NCBI GenBank assembly: GCA_028684095.1
Contig: JAQUGQ010000004.1
Location: forward strand, 4,937-68,936
Length of the DNA stretch: 64,000 nt
Origin: Clostridia bacterium
GTDB taxonomy: Bacteria; Bacillota; Clostridia; TANB77; CAG-465
Direction of reading: 5' to 3'
Shown here: in pieces, positions 30,315 to 40,259 of the stretch
Layout of the letters: each line of letters begins with the position of its first letter
Numbering within the stretch: position 1 is the first letter of the stretch
The notes under the pieces: model-generated
Database searches by the model: none
What the model was told of the DNA's origin: nothing
The model's input: the letters and a program-made list of their open reading frames with translations, nothing else
Position numbers and translations under genes: made by a program

Positions 30315-30680
30315 AAAAATTTACTATCAAGATATATTATATCATAATTTCGGAAACTTATCAAGAAAACATTGCACAATTAATAAGTCGTTTACAATTT
30401 TAGTAATAAGATATAGTGTTTACTATATGTGAGATAGATAAAATAAAAAAACTAATAAAGTTGATATAATAAATAGTGAACTTATTTTATATGGAACTAT
30501 TGAAACAAATATAGCGATAAATAATCAAGTGAATTGATAATAGATTCATGATGAGGTGCTCCACTTCTATAATAATATTATGTTCTAATTACAATAATAT
30601 TTAACAAATTACTTTACAAATTAATATTTCTGTGTTATAATAATTCGGCATACAAAATATATTATACGAGGAGGTATAAA

Positions 30681-31136
30681 ATGAAAAAACCTAATAATGA
30701 ATTAATAGAAGAATTGATGCGTGCTTTTATGGACTTTAAGAGAAACAAAATTCAAAATATTGCAAGTTGTGAAGGACTTACACATAATGAAAAAATGATT
30801 TTATTTAGTTTACACGACATTTCTAAAGATAATAAAGTTTCACTTTCAGTACTTCGTGAAAGAATGAAGCTTGCACCTTCAACTATCACTCCAATAATTA
30901 CTTTGCTTGAAGAAAAAGAACTTATCGAACGAAATATAGATAAAAATGATAGAAGAAATATATTTTTAAAAATATCACCTAAAGGAGAAGAACAAATTAA
31001 TAGAGTTCAGTTTGAAGTTAAAGAAGTAATGTTTGAATATATTAAATATATGGGAGAAGATGACACAAAACAATTAATAAGATTAATTTCAAAGACAACA
31101 GAATTTTTCACTAGAAAGGAAGATAAAAAATCATGA
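30681..31136 (+). CDS. MarR-family transcriptional regulator
   Basis: A 151-aa protein with a winged-helix region (LTHNEKMILFSL...LAPSTITPIITLLEEKELIERNIDKNDRRN). Its stop overlaps the ABC gene start (ATGA). Confidence 0.85.
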   Translation: MKKPNNELIEELMRAFMDFKRNKIQNIASCEGLTHNEKMILFSLHDISKDNKVSLSVLRERMKLAPSTITPIITLLEEKELIERNIDKNDRRNIFLKISPKGEEQINRVQFEVKEVMFEYIKYMGEDDTKQLIRLISKTTEFFTRKEDKKS

Positions 31137-32872
31137 AGAAAGTTTTACAACATTTAAAACCTTATACTATATCAATAGTTATAGCTATGGGGCTTATTTT
31201 CTTACAAGCAATGGCAAATTTATATTTACCAACGCTTATGTCAGACATAGTAAATAAGGGTGTTATAGGTCAAAGTATGGATAGTGTTTGGAAATATGGC
31301 GGAAATATGCTTCTATTTACAGTTGGAGCAATGATATGTTCAATAATATCAACATATATTGCTTCAAGAGTTGCAGCAGGTCTTGGAAAAAGTTTAAGAA
31401 AAGGTATTTTTACTAAGGTGGAAAGTTTTTCACTTAATGAATTTAATAAAATACAAACATCTTCATTAATAACTCGTACAACAAATGATGTAACACAAAT
31501 ACAAAATTTGACTTTAATGATGATACGTATGATGATACTAGCACCTATGTTGTGTATAGGTGGAATAATTATGGCTACTTCAAAGAATCTACAGCTTTCA
31601 ATATTGTTTGCAGTAGTAATACCTTTGTTATTAGGAGCTATAATATTGCTTGCAAGTAAAATAGTACCATTATTTACACAAATACAAAAAAGAACAGATA
31701 AAATCAATCAAGTTGTTAGAGAAAAACTTACTGGTGTTAGAGTGATACGTGCTTTTGGAACTGAACAATATGAAGGTGAAAGATATGATAGAGCAAATAA
31801 AGATATATATGAATCTTCAATAAAAGCAGCATATATTATGGCTAGTTTAATGCCACTTGTAATGTTTATTATAAATATTTCGACTATTGCTATAGTTTGG
31901 TTTGGAAGCCATTTAATTGGTGATGGAATATTACAAATAGGGGATATGATGGCTTTTATGCAGTATGCAATGCAGGTTTTATTCTCAATACTAATGGTTA
32001 CAATGTTATTTATAATGATACCAAGGGCTATTGTATCTGCTAAAAGAATAAATGAAGTATTAGAAATTGAACCAAGTGTAAAAGATAGCGGAATAGATAT
32101 GGAAAAATGTGTGAAACCTGGTGAAATTGAATTTAAAAATGTTACTTATTCATATGATGAAAGTCCAGAACCAGTATTAAACAATTTAAACTTTAAAATA
32201 AACAAGGGTGAGACAGTTGCCATTATTGGTGGAACTGGAAGTGGAAAAAGTACACTTTTAAATTTAATTCTTAGATTTTATGATGTAACGTCTGGTGAAA
32301 TAATAGTAGGTGGAGTAACTATAAAAGATATAAGTTTAAAGTCACTTAGAAATATGGTAGGTTATGTACCACAAAAAGTTAATTTGTTTTCTGGTAGCAT
32401 AGCAGATAATATACGTTATGGAAAACAAGATGCTACAAATGAAGAGTTAATTGAAGCTAGTAAAATAGCACAAAGTTATGATTTTATATCTTTATTAGAT
32501 AAAGGATTTGATTCTGAGGTGGCTCAAGGTGGAACAAATTATTCGGGTGGACAAAAACAAAGAATATCTATTGCAAGAGCAGTAGTTAAAAAACCAGATA
32601 TATATGTTTTTGATGACAGTTTCTCAGCATTAGATTATACAACAGATAGAAATTTAAGAGAAGCTTTAATAGATAATACAAAAGGTACTACATTAGTTAT
32701 TGTAGCACAAAGAGTAAGTACTATAATGAATGCAGATAAGATTATATTTTTAGAAGAAGGAAATATAATAGCCCAAGGAAAACATCATGAGTTACTTGAA
32801 AGTTGCCAGGCATATAAAGAATTAGTAATGTCACAAATAACCGAAGAGGAGGCGATGAATAGTGGAAAATAA
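31133..32872 (+). CDS. ABC exporter, fused permease/ATPase, subunit 1 of a heterodimer
   Basis: A 6-TM domain plus GGTGSGKST (Walker A), YSGGQKQR (signature) and VFDDSFSALD (Walker B). Confidence 0.9.
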   Translation: MKKVLQHLKPYTISIVIAMGLIFLQAMANLYLPTLMSDIVNKGVIGQSMDSVWKYGGNMLLFTVGAMICSIISTYIASRVAAGLGKSLRKGIFTKVESFSLNEFNKIQTSSLITRTTNDVTQIQNLTLMMIRMMILAPMLCIGGIIMATSKNLQLSILFAVVIPLLLGAIILLASKIVPLFTQIQKRTDKINQVVREKLTGVRVIRAFGTEQYEGERYDRANKDIYESSIKAAYIMASLMPLVMFIINISTIAIVWFGSHLIGDGILQIGDMMAFMQYAMQVLFSILMVTMLFIMIPRAIVSAKRINEVLEIEPSVKDSGIDMEKCVKPGEIEFKNVTYSYDESPEPVLNNLNFKINKGETVAIIGGTGSGKSTLLNLILRFYDVTSGEIIVGGVTIKDISLKSLRNMVGYVPQKVNLFSGSIADNIRYGKQDATNEELIEASKIAQSYDFISLLDKGFDSEVAQGGTNYSGGQKQRISIARAVVKKPDIYVFDDSFSALDYTTDRNLREALIDNTKGTTLVIVAQRVSTIMNADKIIFLEEGNIIAQGKHHELLESCQAYKELVMSQITEEEAMNSGK

Positions 32873-34874
32873 AGAGGAAATAAAAAAAATACCTAAAGGT
32901 CCTATGGGTGGTGGTCCTATGAGAGGGATGGCTCCAGCAGATAAACCTAAAGATTTTAAAGGAACATTTAAAAGATTAATAAAATACATGGGAAAATATA
33001 GTAAGGCAGTAATTGCAATATTATTTATACTTGTTTTAGGAACAATACTTTCAGTAGTATCACCTAAAATACTTGGAAAAGCAACTACAGAACTTGGAAA
33101 TAATATAATGCAAAAAATTGTATATAACAATATTCAAGGTATGCTAGAAAAGATGCCAATTCAAATGAAAAATGCTTTACCAGAAAATGCAACGGTTCAA
33201 ACTTTAATGGATATGAAAGTTGTGCCAGATGAATATATTTCAAAAATACCTGAAGTTGCAAAAGTAATATCATTAAAAGTTGAACCTAAAATTAATTTCA
33301 AGTATATAGGGGAAATTTTACTTGTAATTATTGGGTTATATGTTGTAAGTGCATTATTTACATATATTGCAAACAGGGCTATGGCATATATTTCACAAAA
33401 AGTTACATACAATTTAAGAAAAGAAATGGATCAAAAACTAGATAGATTACCGCTTAAATTTTTTGATAAACATACTCATGGTGAAATTTTAAGTAGGGTA
33501 ACAAATGATATAGATAATATTAGTACAATGTTGCAACAAAGCTTAGTACAAATATTACAATCAATATTTACAATTATAGGAATATTTATAATGATGTTAA
33601 CAATTAGCTTCAGTATGACAGGCGTTGCAATACTTGTTTTGCCGGTTAGTATGATATTTATAATTTCTGTTGTAAAAGCTTCCCAAAAGTACTTTGTTGC
33701 TCAACAAAGGGTACTTGGTGAAATAAATGGACATATCGAAGAAACTTACTCTGGAGACTTGATTGTAAAATCATTTAATATGCAAGAAGCAGAAATCGAA
33801 AAATTTACTAAGATAAATGATGAATTATATAAACATAGTTGGAAATCACAATTTTTATCTGGACTTATGATGCCAATTATAAATGTTATAAATAATTTGG
33901 GATACATAGGAATATGTATACTTGGTGCAAATTTAGCTATACAAGGTAAGATGTCTATCGGTGATATACAAGCTTTCCTTCAATATACAAATCAATTTAC
34001 TCAACCTATTGCTCAAGCAGCACAAATGATGAATATGATACAAGGAACAATTGCTTCAGCAGAAAGAGTTTTTGAAATATTAGATGAGGAAGAAGAATCT
34101 TTAGATGTAAAAAATCCTATAAAACTTGAAAAAGTGAAAGGAAATATAGTTTGTGATGATGTTGAATTTAGTTATAATAAAAATGAAAAATTGATTGAAA
34201 ATTGGAGTTTAAATGTAAAATCTGGTCAAACAGTTGCAATTGTTGGACCTACAGGTGCAGGTAAAACTACAATAGTAAATTTACTTATGAAGTTTTATGA
34301 TATACAAGGTGGAGACATTAGAATTGATGATAAGTCAATAAAAGATATGACAAGAACAGATGTAAGAAAAATGTTTGCTATGGTACTTCAAGATACCTGG
34401 TTATTTAATGGAACTATACGTGAAAATTTAAGATATTCTAAACAAGATGCTTTAGATTCTGAAGTAGAACGAGCAGTATACTTAGCTCATGCAAATCATT
34501 TTATTAAAACTCTACCCGGTGGATATGATTTTGTACTTAATGAAGAAGTAAATAATATATCACAAGGACAAAAACAATTACTTACAATTGCTAGAGCAAT
34601 TCTTGCTGATGCACCAATACTTATACTTGATGAGGCTACTAGTAATGTAGATACGAGAACTGAACAATTAATACAAAAAGCTATGAATAAATTAATGCAA
34701 GGAAGAACAAGTTTTGTAATAGCACATAGATTGTCTACAATTAAAAATGCTGATATTATAATTGTTATGGATCATGGAAGAATAGTAGAACGTGGAAATC
34801 ATGATGAATTACTTGACAAAAATGGGTTATATTCTAAATTATATAATAGTCAGTTTAGTGAAGAAAGTGCATAA
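32862..34874 (+). CDS. ABC exporter, fused permease/ATPase, subunit 2
   Basis: Contains GPTGAGKTT, ISQGQKQL and ILILDEATSNVD. It overlaps the upstream gene by 11 nt. Confidence 0.9.
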   Translation: MENKEEIKKIPKGPMGGGPMRGMAPADKPKDFKGTFKRLIKYMGKYSKAVIAILFILVLGTILSVVSPKILGKATTELGNNIMQKIVYNNIQGMLEKMPIQMKNALPENATVQTLMDMKVVPDEYISKIPEVAKVISLKVEPKINFKYIGEILLVIIGLYVVSALFTYIANRAMAYISQKVTYNLRKEMDQKLDRLPLKFFDKHTHGEILSRVTNDIDNISTMLQQSLVQILQSIFTIIGIFIMMLTISFSMTGVAILVLPVSMIFIISVVKASQKYFVAQQRVLGEINGHIEETYSGDLIVKSFNMQEAEIEKFTKINDELYKHSWKSQFLSGLMMPIINVINNLGYIGICILGANLAIQGKMSIGDIQAFLQYTNQFTQPIAQAAQMMNMIQGTIASAERVFEILDEEEESLDVKNPIKLEKVKGNIVCDDVEFSYNKNEKLIENWSLNVKSGQTVAIVGPTGAGKTTIVNLLMKFYDIQGGDIRIDDKSIKDMTRTDVRKMFAMVLQDTWLFNGTIRENLRYSKQDALDSEVERAVYLAHANHFIKTLPGGYDFVLNEEVNNISQGQKQLLTIARAILADAPILILDEATSNVDTRTEQLIQKAMNKLMQGRTSFVIAHRLSTIKNADIIIVMDHGRIVERGNHDELLDKNGLYSKLYNSQFSEESA

Positions 34875-34894
34875 AACCAAAAAAGTAAAAAATA

Positions 34895-34928
34895 AAAACT
34901 GTAAATTTAAGCAATTTACAGTTTTTTG
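34895..34928. terminator. Bidirectional terminator
   Basis: The stem is aaaaactgtaaatt / aatttacagttttt with a 5-nt loop. Confidence 0.7.
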
Positions 34929-34939
34929 TTTTGTAAAAT

Positions 34940-36640
34940 TTAATCAAATATTGATAAAATACTTACTAACCTTTTGATACCACTTTCTTTGTATAATACA
35001 GGTAAATTTTTTCTTGTTTCACTTAGTATATTATAATCTTCAGATAAATCCATAAGTTGAAGTTTTAAATCTCTGTCAACTTTTATAACATTAGAAGTAT
35101 CCTTGTCAACAATAAGCAAAAAAGTAGAAGATTCAAATTTACAAATAAAGACATTTTCAATATTAATTTTTTTGAAAGTATGAAAAGTATCTTTTAATTT
35201 TGTAAATATACTTTCTATATCATCTGAATTTTTATTTGATACATTAAGTATATGGCGTAGGTTTTTAAGTTTTAAAAATGTGGTGTTTTTAACTAAGTCA
35301 CTCATATCACAATCTAAATTTGAAATATATGCAATTTCAGCAAATTCATTGTTTGAAATTAGAACAAAAGCTTGATTTTCTAAATTTTCTAAGTTTAATA
35401 ATCTTTTGAAAACAGTATCACTGTATACTTTAGCATATTTATCGTTTGTTAATATATAATTTGCTAATGAATATTTTATTTTTTCAATTATGTTTGTACA
35501 AGTTTGTTCGTTGGTATGTATTACATTATGTGATATAGACTCATATATTTCATATTTTAAAGTTTTATTGTGAAGTACTAACATACTTTCTAATTTCTTT
35601 AAATAAACAACATATTTTATTGGAGTATATTTGCTTTTTCTGTCTATAAGTAAATTTACTAGTATTCCTTGAATAGATGAAACATTTATTAATATATTTT
35701 CCTCTAAATTATTTATTTTTTCAGATAAACTTGAGTCTAAATTTAATTCTTGAATTTTATCATCACTTTGTTCGTTCGAATCAAGCTTAGTTAATACTTT
35801 TATTATAATTGATTTTAACTTTTTTTCAGTTTCGAGATACTCACTCAAAACTTCATCTTTAGAAATACAGTGTTTTTTTATTTCAATATAATTATCATTT
35901 AGAAGTTTATTAAAGTAACATAGTTTATTATAATTTGAATACATCCTACTGACATCATCTAATTTTTTAAATATTTCATCTGAATTAATTTTTTTAAACA
36001 ACTTTGTAATATATTTTTTAGGATTATTTTTAAATAGAATAATATACAGTGCTTCTTCATTTATATCTAAGGTAAAACATATTTGTCTAAGTAATTTTCC
36101 TTCCAGAAAATATATATCATTGTCAGATACAACTTGGACACCTAAAAAATCATTTTCATATGTTCTATATGTAGGAACAATAGATAATGTAGTTGGTAGA
36201 GTATATAATATTCTACAAACTAAATTTGATACAATTGCTCTATTTAAACCAAAATTTGAATGTACTATCTTATAATTTTGACTTGATATCGAAGATTTAC
36301 TATATCCCACAGAAAAAACATTTTCAGATATTTCTTTTGTTGTTAATACATATAATAATCTAAGATAAACGGATTGAAGATTTGTTAAATCTTTAATATA
36401 TAATTCTTTTCTTGAGGCATCATAATATCCTGATTTGTAATCAAATTGTTCTGTATTGGATACAACGATAGAATCAATATTATCATATAACACCTTTGAT
36501 AATTTATTTATACTATATTTTGAAATATATCCAAATTCTATAAGTTTATTAAAAAGGCCTAATATAGTTTCAATAAACTGTTCAGACATATTACATTTTT
36601 CTTTTAATTTTTTTAAATATCCATTTGGAATAATTGCCAT
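34940..36640 (-). CDS. Hypothetical protein, 566 aa, no recognised motif
   Basis: A long, uninterrupted, Lys/Asn/Ile-rich ORF transcribed divergently from rmuC. Confidence 0.55.
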   Translation of the reverse strand: MAIIPNGYLKKLKEKCNMSEQFIETILGLFNKLIEFGYISKYSINKLSKVLYDNIDSIVVSNTEQFDYKSGYYDASRKELYIKDLTNLQSVYLRLLYVLTTKEISENVFSVGYSKSSISSQNYKIVHSNFGLNRAIVSNLVCRILYTLPTTLSIVPTYRTYENDFLGVQVVSDNDIYFLEGKLLRQICFTLDINEEALYIILFKNNPKKYITKLFKKINSDEIFKKLDDVSRMYSNYNKLCYFNKLLNDNYIEIKKHCISKDEVLSEYLETEKKLKSIIIKVLTKLDSNEQSDDKIQELNLDSSLSEKINNLEENILINVSSIQGILVNLLIDRKSKYTPIKYVVYLKKLESMLVLHNKTLKYEIYESISHNVIHTNEQTCTNIIEKIKYSLANYILTNDKYAKVYSDTVFKRLLNLENLENQAFVLISNNEFAEIAYISNLDCDMSDLVKNTTFLKLKNLRHILNVSNKNSDDIESIFTKLKDTFHTFKKINIENVFICKFESSTFLLIVDKDTSNVIKVDRDLKLQLMDLSEDYNILSETRKNLPVLYKESGIKRLVSILSIFD

Positions 36641-36848
36641 AATTTAATCCTCCGTATAATATAATTTTACATAATAATTGTACAATAAAAATAAAAAAAA
36701 CACAAGCATATTTATAAAAAAACTATAAAAAGTATATAATTTCATATAATAATTATGCAATAAAAATATAATGTAAAATTAAGTTATATTATTGACAAAT
36801 AAACTTTTGTTTGATATAATAAAATAAATGATAGGAGATAAAAAATAT

Positions 36849-38099
36849 ATGGATATAACAATAATATTACTTTCTATTAGTATAGTTTTATTAATTATAC
36901 TAATAATTTTAAATTTAAAAAATCAAAAGAGTTCTTTGTCACATGAATTTAGACAAGAATTATCTAATATGTTTATGCAAACAAGAGAAGAAATTTCTAG
37001 AAATATAGGTAATAAAATAGTTGAAACAACAAATATACAACAAGTTAGTCTTGCTAATTTAACTAATATGAACGAAAATAAACTTGAAAATATACGTAAA
37101 TCAGTTGAAGATAGATTAACACAAATACAAAAAGATAATAGTGAAAAATTAGAAAAGATGAGACTTACAGTTGATGAGAAACTTCATAATACATTAGAAC
37201 AAAGATTAGGGGAGTCATTTAAGCTAGTAAATGATAGATTAGAATCTGTGTATAAAGGTTTGGGCGAAATGAAAACACTTGCACAAGGTGTAGGTGATTT
37301 GAAAAAAGTTTTTACAAATGTCAAATCTAGGGGATTTTGGGGTGAAATTCAGCTAGGAAATATATTAGATCAGTTTTTAACAAATGATCAATATTTACGT
37401 AGTGTTAAAACAAAACCTAAATCAAATGATTTTGTTGAATTTGCTATAAAATTACCTGGTAGAAATGATAATGAAACAGTGTTATTACCTATTGATTCTA
37501 AGTTTCCTATCGAGGATTATACCCGTTTAGTTGATGCAGAAGAAGTAGGAGATGTAAACTTAGTTAATGAATCTAGAAAGAAACTCGAGAATTCAGTTAA
37601 ATTGTTTGCAAAGGATATACATGATAAATATATAGAAACACCATATACAACAGATTTTGGAATTATGTTTTTACCAACAGAGAGTCTATATTGTGAAATA
37701 GTTAAAAATACTGATTTATGCCAAATTATATCACAAAAATTTAGAGTAGTTATAGCAGGACCTAGTACATTTGTTGCTCTTCTTAATAGCTTACAAATGG
37801 GATTTAGAACATTAGCGATAGAAAAAAGATCTAGTGAAGTATGGCAATTGCTTGGTATGGTTAAATCTGAGTTTAGTAAATTTGGTGATTTGTTAGATAA
37901 AACAAATAAGAAATTACAAGAAATATCAAGTACAATGGAATTAGCTTCTAAAAAAACACGTACAATTCAAAATAAGCTAAAAAAAGTAGAAGTTCTACCT
38001 ATTGGAAATGAATCGGAATTTTATATGCTAGATAATTCAGAGATAGAAGAAGATTTTAATTCTGATGTGGATTTAGATAAAGATAAAGATAAAGAATAA
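36849..38099 (+). CDS. rmuC: DNA recombination protein RmuC
   Basis: An N-terminal TM segment, a long coiled coil, then an RmuC nuclease-like core (GFWGEIQLGNIL...LPIDSKFP...FLPTESLY). Confidence 0.85.
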   Translation: MDITIILLSISIVLLIILIILNLKNQKSSLSHEFRQELSNMFMQTREEISRNIGNKIVETTNIQQVSLANLTNMNENKLENIRKSVEDRLTQIQKDNSEKLEKMRLTVDEKLHNTLEQRLGESFKLVNDRLESVYKGLGEMKTLAQGVGDLKKVFTNVKSRGFWGEIQLGNILDQFLTNDQYLRSVKTKPKSNDFVEFAIKLPGRNDNETVLLPIDSKFPIEDYTRLVDAEEVGDVNLVNESRKKLENSVKLFAKDIHDKYIETPYTTDFGIMFLPTESLYCEIVKNTDLCQIISQKFRVVIAGPSTFVALLNSLQMGFRTLAIEKRSSEVWQLLGMVKSEFSKFGDLLDKTNKKLQEISSTMELASKKTRTIQNKLKKVEVLPIGNESEFYMLDNSEIEEDFNSDVDLDKDKDKE

Positions 38100-38135
38100 A
38101 CTACATTACATAATAGTTAAATTTATCTTTTCCTA

Positions 38136-38164
38136 TTTACAAATGCTACATAATATGTTACAAT
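38136..38164 (+). promoter_or_regulatory. Candidate sigma-A promoter for glmU (TTTACA-17-TGnTACAAT)
   Basis: tttaca at 38136-38141, and an extended -10 (tgttacaat) ending at 38164. Confidence 0.45.
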
Positions 38165-38222
38165 ATCTGTAAACTTAGTTTAAATTTAAGTTCATAGATG
38201 TTTTTAGGAGTGATTTATAAGA

Positions 38223-39590
38223 ATGAATAATGTAAAAGCAATAATATTAGCAGGTGGAAAAGGTACTAGAATGAAATCAGAACTTCCAAAAGTTTTACAT
38301 AAAGTTTACGATAGATGTATAATAGATTACGTATATGATTCGTGTAAACAAGCTGGAATAGATGATATAAGTATAGTAGTAGGTCATAAATATGAAAAAG
38401 TAATTGAACATTTTGGTAAAGAAAATGCTAAATTTTTTATTCAAGAAGAACAACTTGGGACTGGACATGCTGTTATGCAGGTTAAAGATAATATAAAGGA
38501 AAATGATTTAGTTATAGTTATAAATGGTGATATGCCACTTATTTCTTCATTTACTATTAAATCATTCGTTTCATTTTTGCAATTGGGAAATTTTGATGGT
38601 GCTTTAGCATCAGCAGTATTTGATAAAACTCCTAGTTATGGTAGAATTGTACGTGATAATGAAGGAAACTTTTCAAAAATTGTGGAGCAAAAAGATTGTA
38701 ATGAAGATGAGCTAGAAATTGAAGAAGTAAATATAGGACTATACTCTTTTAAAGGTAAACATTTATTAGATTCTTTTTCAAAATTAAATAATAACAATGC
38801 ACAGAAAGAATATTATATAACAGATATTCCATATTACATAATGAATGATGGCGGAAAAGTTGGAGTATATATGTTACAAGATTCAGATGAAACACAAGGA
38901 ATTAATTCAAGATCAGATTTATCTGTAGTAACTAATACTCTTTTGCATAATACAAGAGAAATTCATATGGATAATGGTGTAACATTAATAGATCCTAGTA
39001 ATACATACATAAGCTTAGATGTAGAAATAGGAAAAGATACTATTATATATCCTGGAACTAATATACAAGGTAGAACTAAAATAGGTGAAGGTTGTATAAT
39101 TGGACCAAATTCTACAATAGTATGTAGTGAAATCGGTAATTATGTAATTGTTGAAACAAGTAAAATAGCTTATAGTAAAATAGCAGATAATGCTATAATC
39201 GGACCATTTGCACATATAAGACCAAAATCAAATATAGGTGAATTTTCTAAAGTAGGTAGTTTTGTTGAAACTAAAAATGTAAATATTGGAACAAATACAA
39301 AAGTACCACATTTATCATATATAGGTGATAGTGATGTTGGAAATAATGTTGAAATAGCTTGTGGTGTTATAACTTCAAATATGAATACTAAATGGGAAAA
39401 GAACAGAACTATAATAAAAGATAATGCATTTATTGGTTGTAATTCAGTACTTATTGCCCCTATTACAATAGAAGAGTTTGGGGCTATCGGTGCAGGTTCA
39501 ACTATATCAAAAGACGTTCCAAGTAAAGCACTAGCATTAACTAGATCTGAACTTAAAATAAAAGAAAATTACTATGAAGGTAGAAAATAA
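38223..39590 (+). CDS. glmU: Bifunctional UDP-N-acetylglucosamine pyrophosphorylase / GlcN-1-P N-acetyltransferase
   Basis: The N-terminus has AIILAGGKGTRMKS, and the C-terminal half contains left-handed beta-helix hexapeptide repeats. Confidence 0.9.
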   Translation: MNNVKAIILAGGKGTRMKSELPKVLHKVYDRCIIDYVYDSCKQAGIDDISIVVGHKYEKVIEHFGKENAKFFIQEEQLGTGHAVMQVKDNIKENDLVIVINGDMPLISSFTIKSFVSFLQLGNFDGALASAVFDKTPSYGRIVRDNEGNFSKIVEQKDCNEDELEIEEVNIGLYSFKGKHLLDSFSKLNNNNAQKEYYITDIPYYIMNDGGKVGVYMLQDSDETQGINSRSDLSVVTNTLLHNTREIHMDNGVTLIDPSNTYISLDVEIGKDTIIYPGTNIQGRTKIGEGCIIGPNSTIVCSEIGNYVIVETSKIAYSKIADNAIIGPFAHIRPKSNIGEFSKVGSFVETKNVNIGTNTKVPHLSYIGDSDVGNNVEIACGVITSNMNTKWEKNRTIIKDNAFIGCNSVLIAPITIEEFGAIGAGSTISKDVPSKALALTRSELKIKENYYEGRK

Positions 39591-39612
39591 ATTAATTAAT
39601 GTACATTGAGAG

Positions 39613-39639
39613 AACACAAGATTATAATCTTGTGTTTTT
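39613..39639 (+). terminator. glmU terminator
   Basis: The stem is aacacaagatt / aatcttgtgtt, followed by TTT. Confidence 0.65.
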
Positions 39640-39689
39640 AATATTACTAATAATTTTCATTACTTTTTTATAAATTTGGTCTATAATTA

Positions 39690-39718
39690 TTGACAAACAT
39701 AATAATATATGTTATCAT
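39690..39718 (+). promoter_or_regulatory. Sigma-A promoter for tRNA-Leu (TTGACA-17-TATCAT)
   Basis: TTGACA at 39690-39695 and TATCAT at 39713-39718. The tRNA starts 13 nt later. Confidence 0.55.
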
Positions 39719-39730
39719 ATTAGTGGTAAT

Positions 39731-39815
39731 GCGAGTATGGCGAAATTGGCAGACGCGCCAGACTTAGAATCTGGTACCAACCGGTGTGTAGGTTCAAGTC
39801 CTATTACTCGCACCA
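39731..39815 (+). tRNA. tRNA-Leu (anticodon UAG), class II with long variable arm, CCA encoded
   Basis: The acceptor stem is gcgagta/tactcgc. The anticodon stem ccaga/tctgg carries the loop cTTAGaa. A long variable arm is present, the T arm is ggttcaagtcc, and the 3' end is ACCA. Confidence 0.9.
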
Positions 39816-39818
39816 AAT

Positions 39819-39854
39819 AAAAAAGTTAGCAATGTATAATTGCTAACTTTTTTT
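39819..39854 (+). terminator. tRNA terminator
   Basis: The stem is aaaaaagttagcaat / attgctaactttttt. Confidence 0.75.
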
Positions 39855-39907
39855 ATTTTCAAATTTAGTTGTTTTATTATATTAATGTAAGATAGTTATT
39901 ATTATAA

Positions 39908-39946
39908 AACATATAAATTTAACATATAAATTTAACATATAAATTT
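39908..39946 (+). repeat. Three perfect tandem copies of a 13-bp unit (aacatataaattt)
   Basis: Read directly: copies at 39908-39920, 39921-39933 and 39934-39946. Confidence 0.9.
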
Positions 39947-40026
39947 GTTTTTTGACTAATTTCGACAAAATATTACATTATACTTAGTATATAATGCTGT
40001 TATTAATAAATAAGGAGAATTTATCG

Positions 40027-40083
40027 ATGAGTAAAACATTATATATTAAAAATTTTAATAATAAAGTAAAATTTTATAATTAA
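40027..40083 (+). CDS. Possible 18-codon leader ORF (MSKTLYIKNFNNKVKFYN) upstream of the rhs gene
   Basis: A near-consensus SD (aaggaga) lies 8 nt before the ATG. Too short to judge by composition. Confidence 0.2.
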   Translation: MSKTLYIKNFNNKVKFYN

Positions 40084-40172
40084 AAGAAGAAAATCAGTTT
40101 AGTTCAATAATTGTACAAGCAAGTAAAATTGTTAGGATTAATAATATAATATTTTGATTGGGGTGTATATAT

Positions 40173-40259
40173 ATGTATAGAAGTGTGGTTTTAAAAACTA
40201 TATCAGTAATTGTTATAATGTCTATGGTAATAAATTTGATTCCTCTTAGTGTATATGGA
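40173..40259 (+). other. Predicted Sec signal peptide of the RHS protein
   Basis: The sequence is MYRSVVLKTISVIVIMSMVINLIPLSVYG/KEN, with a basic n-region, a hydrophobic core and a small-residue cleavage context. Confidence 0.6.
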
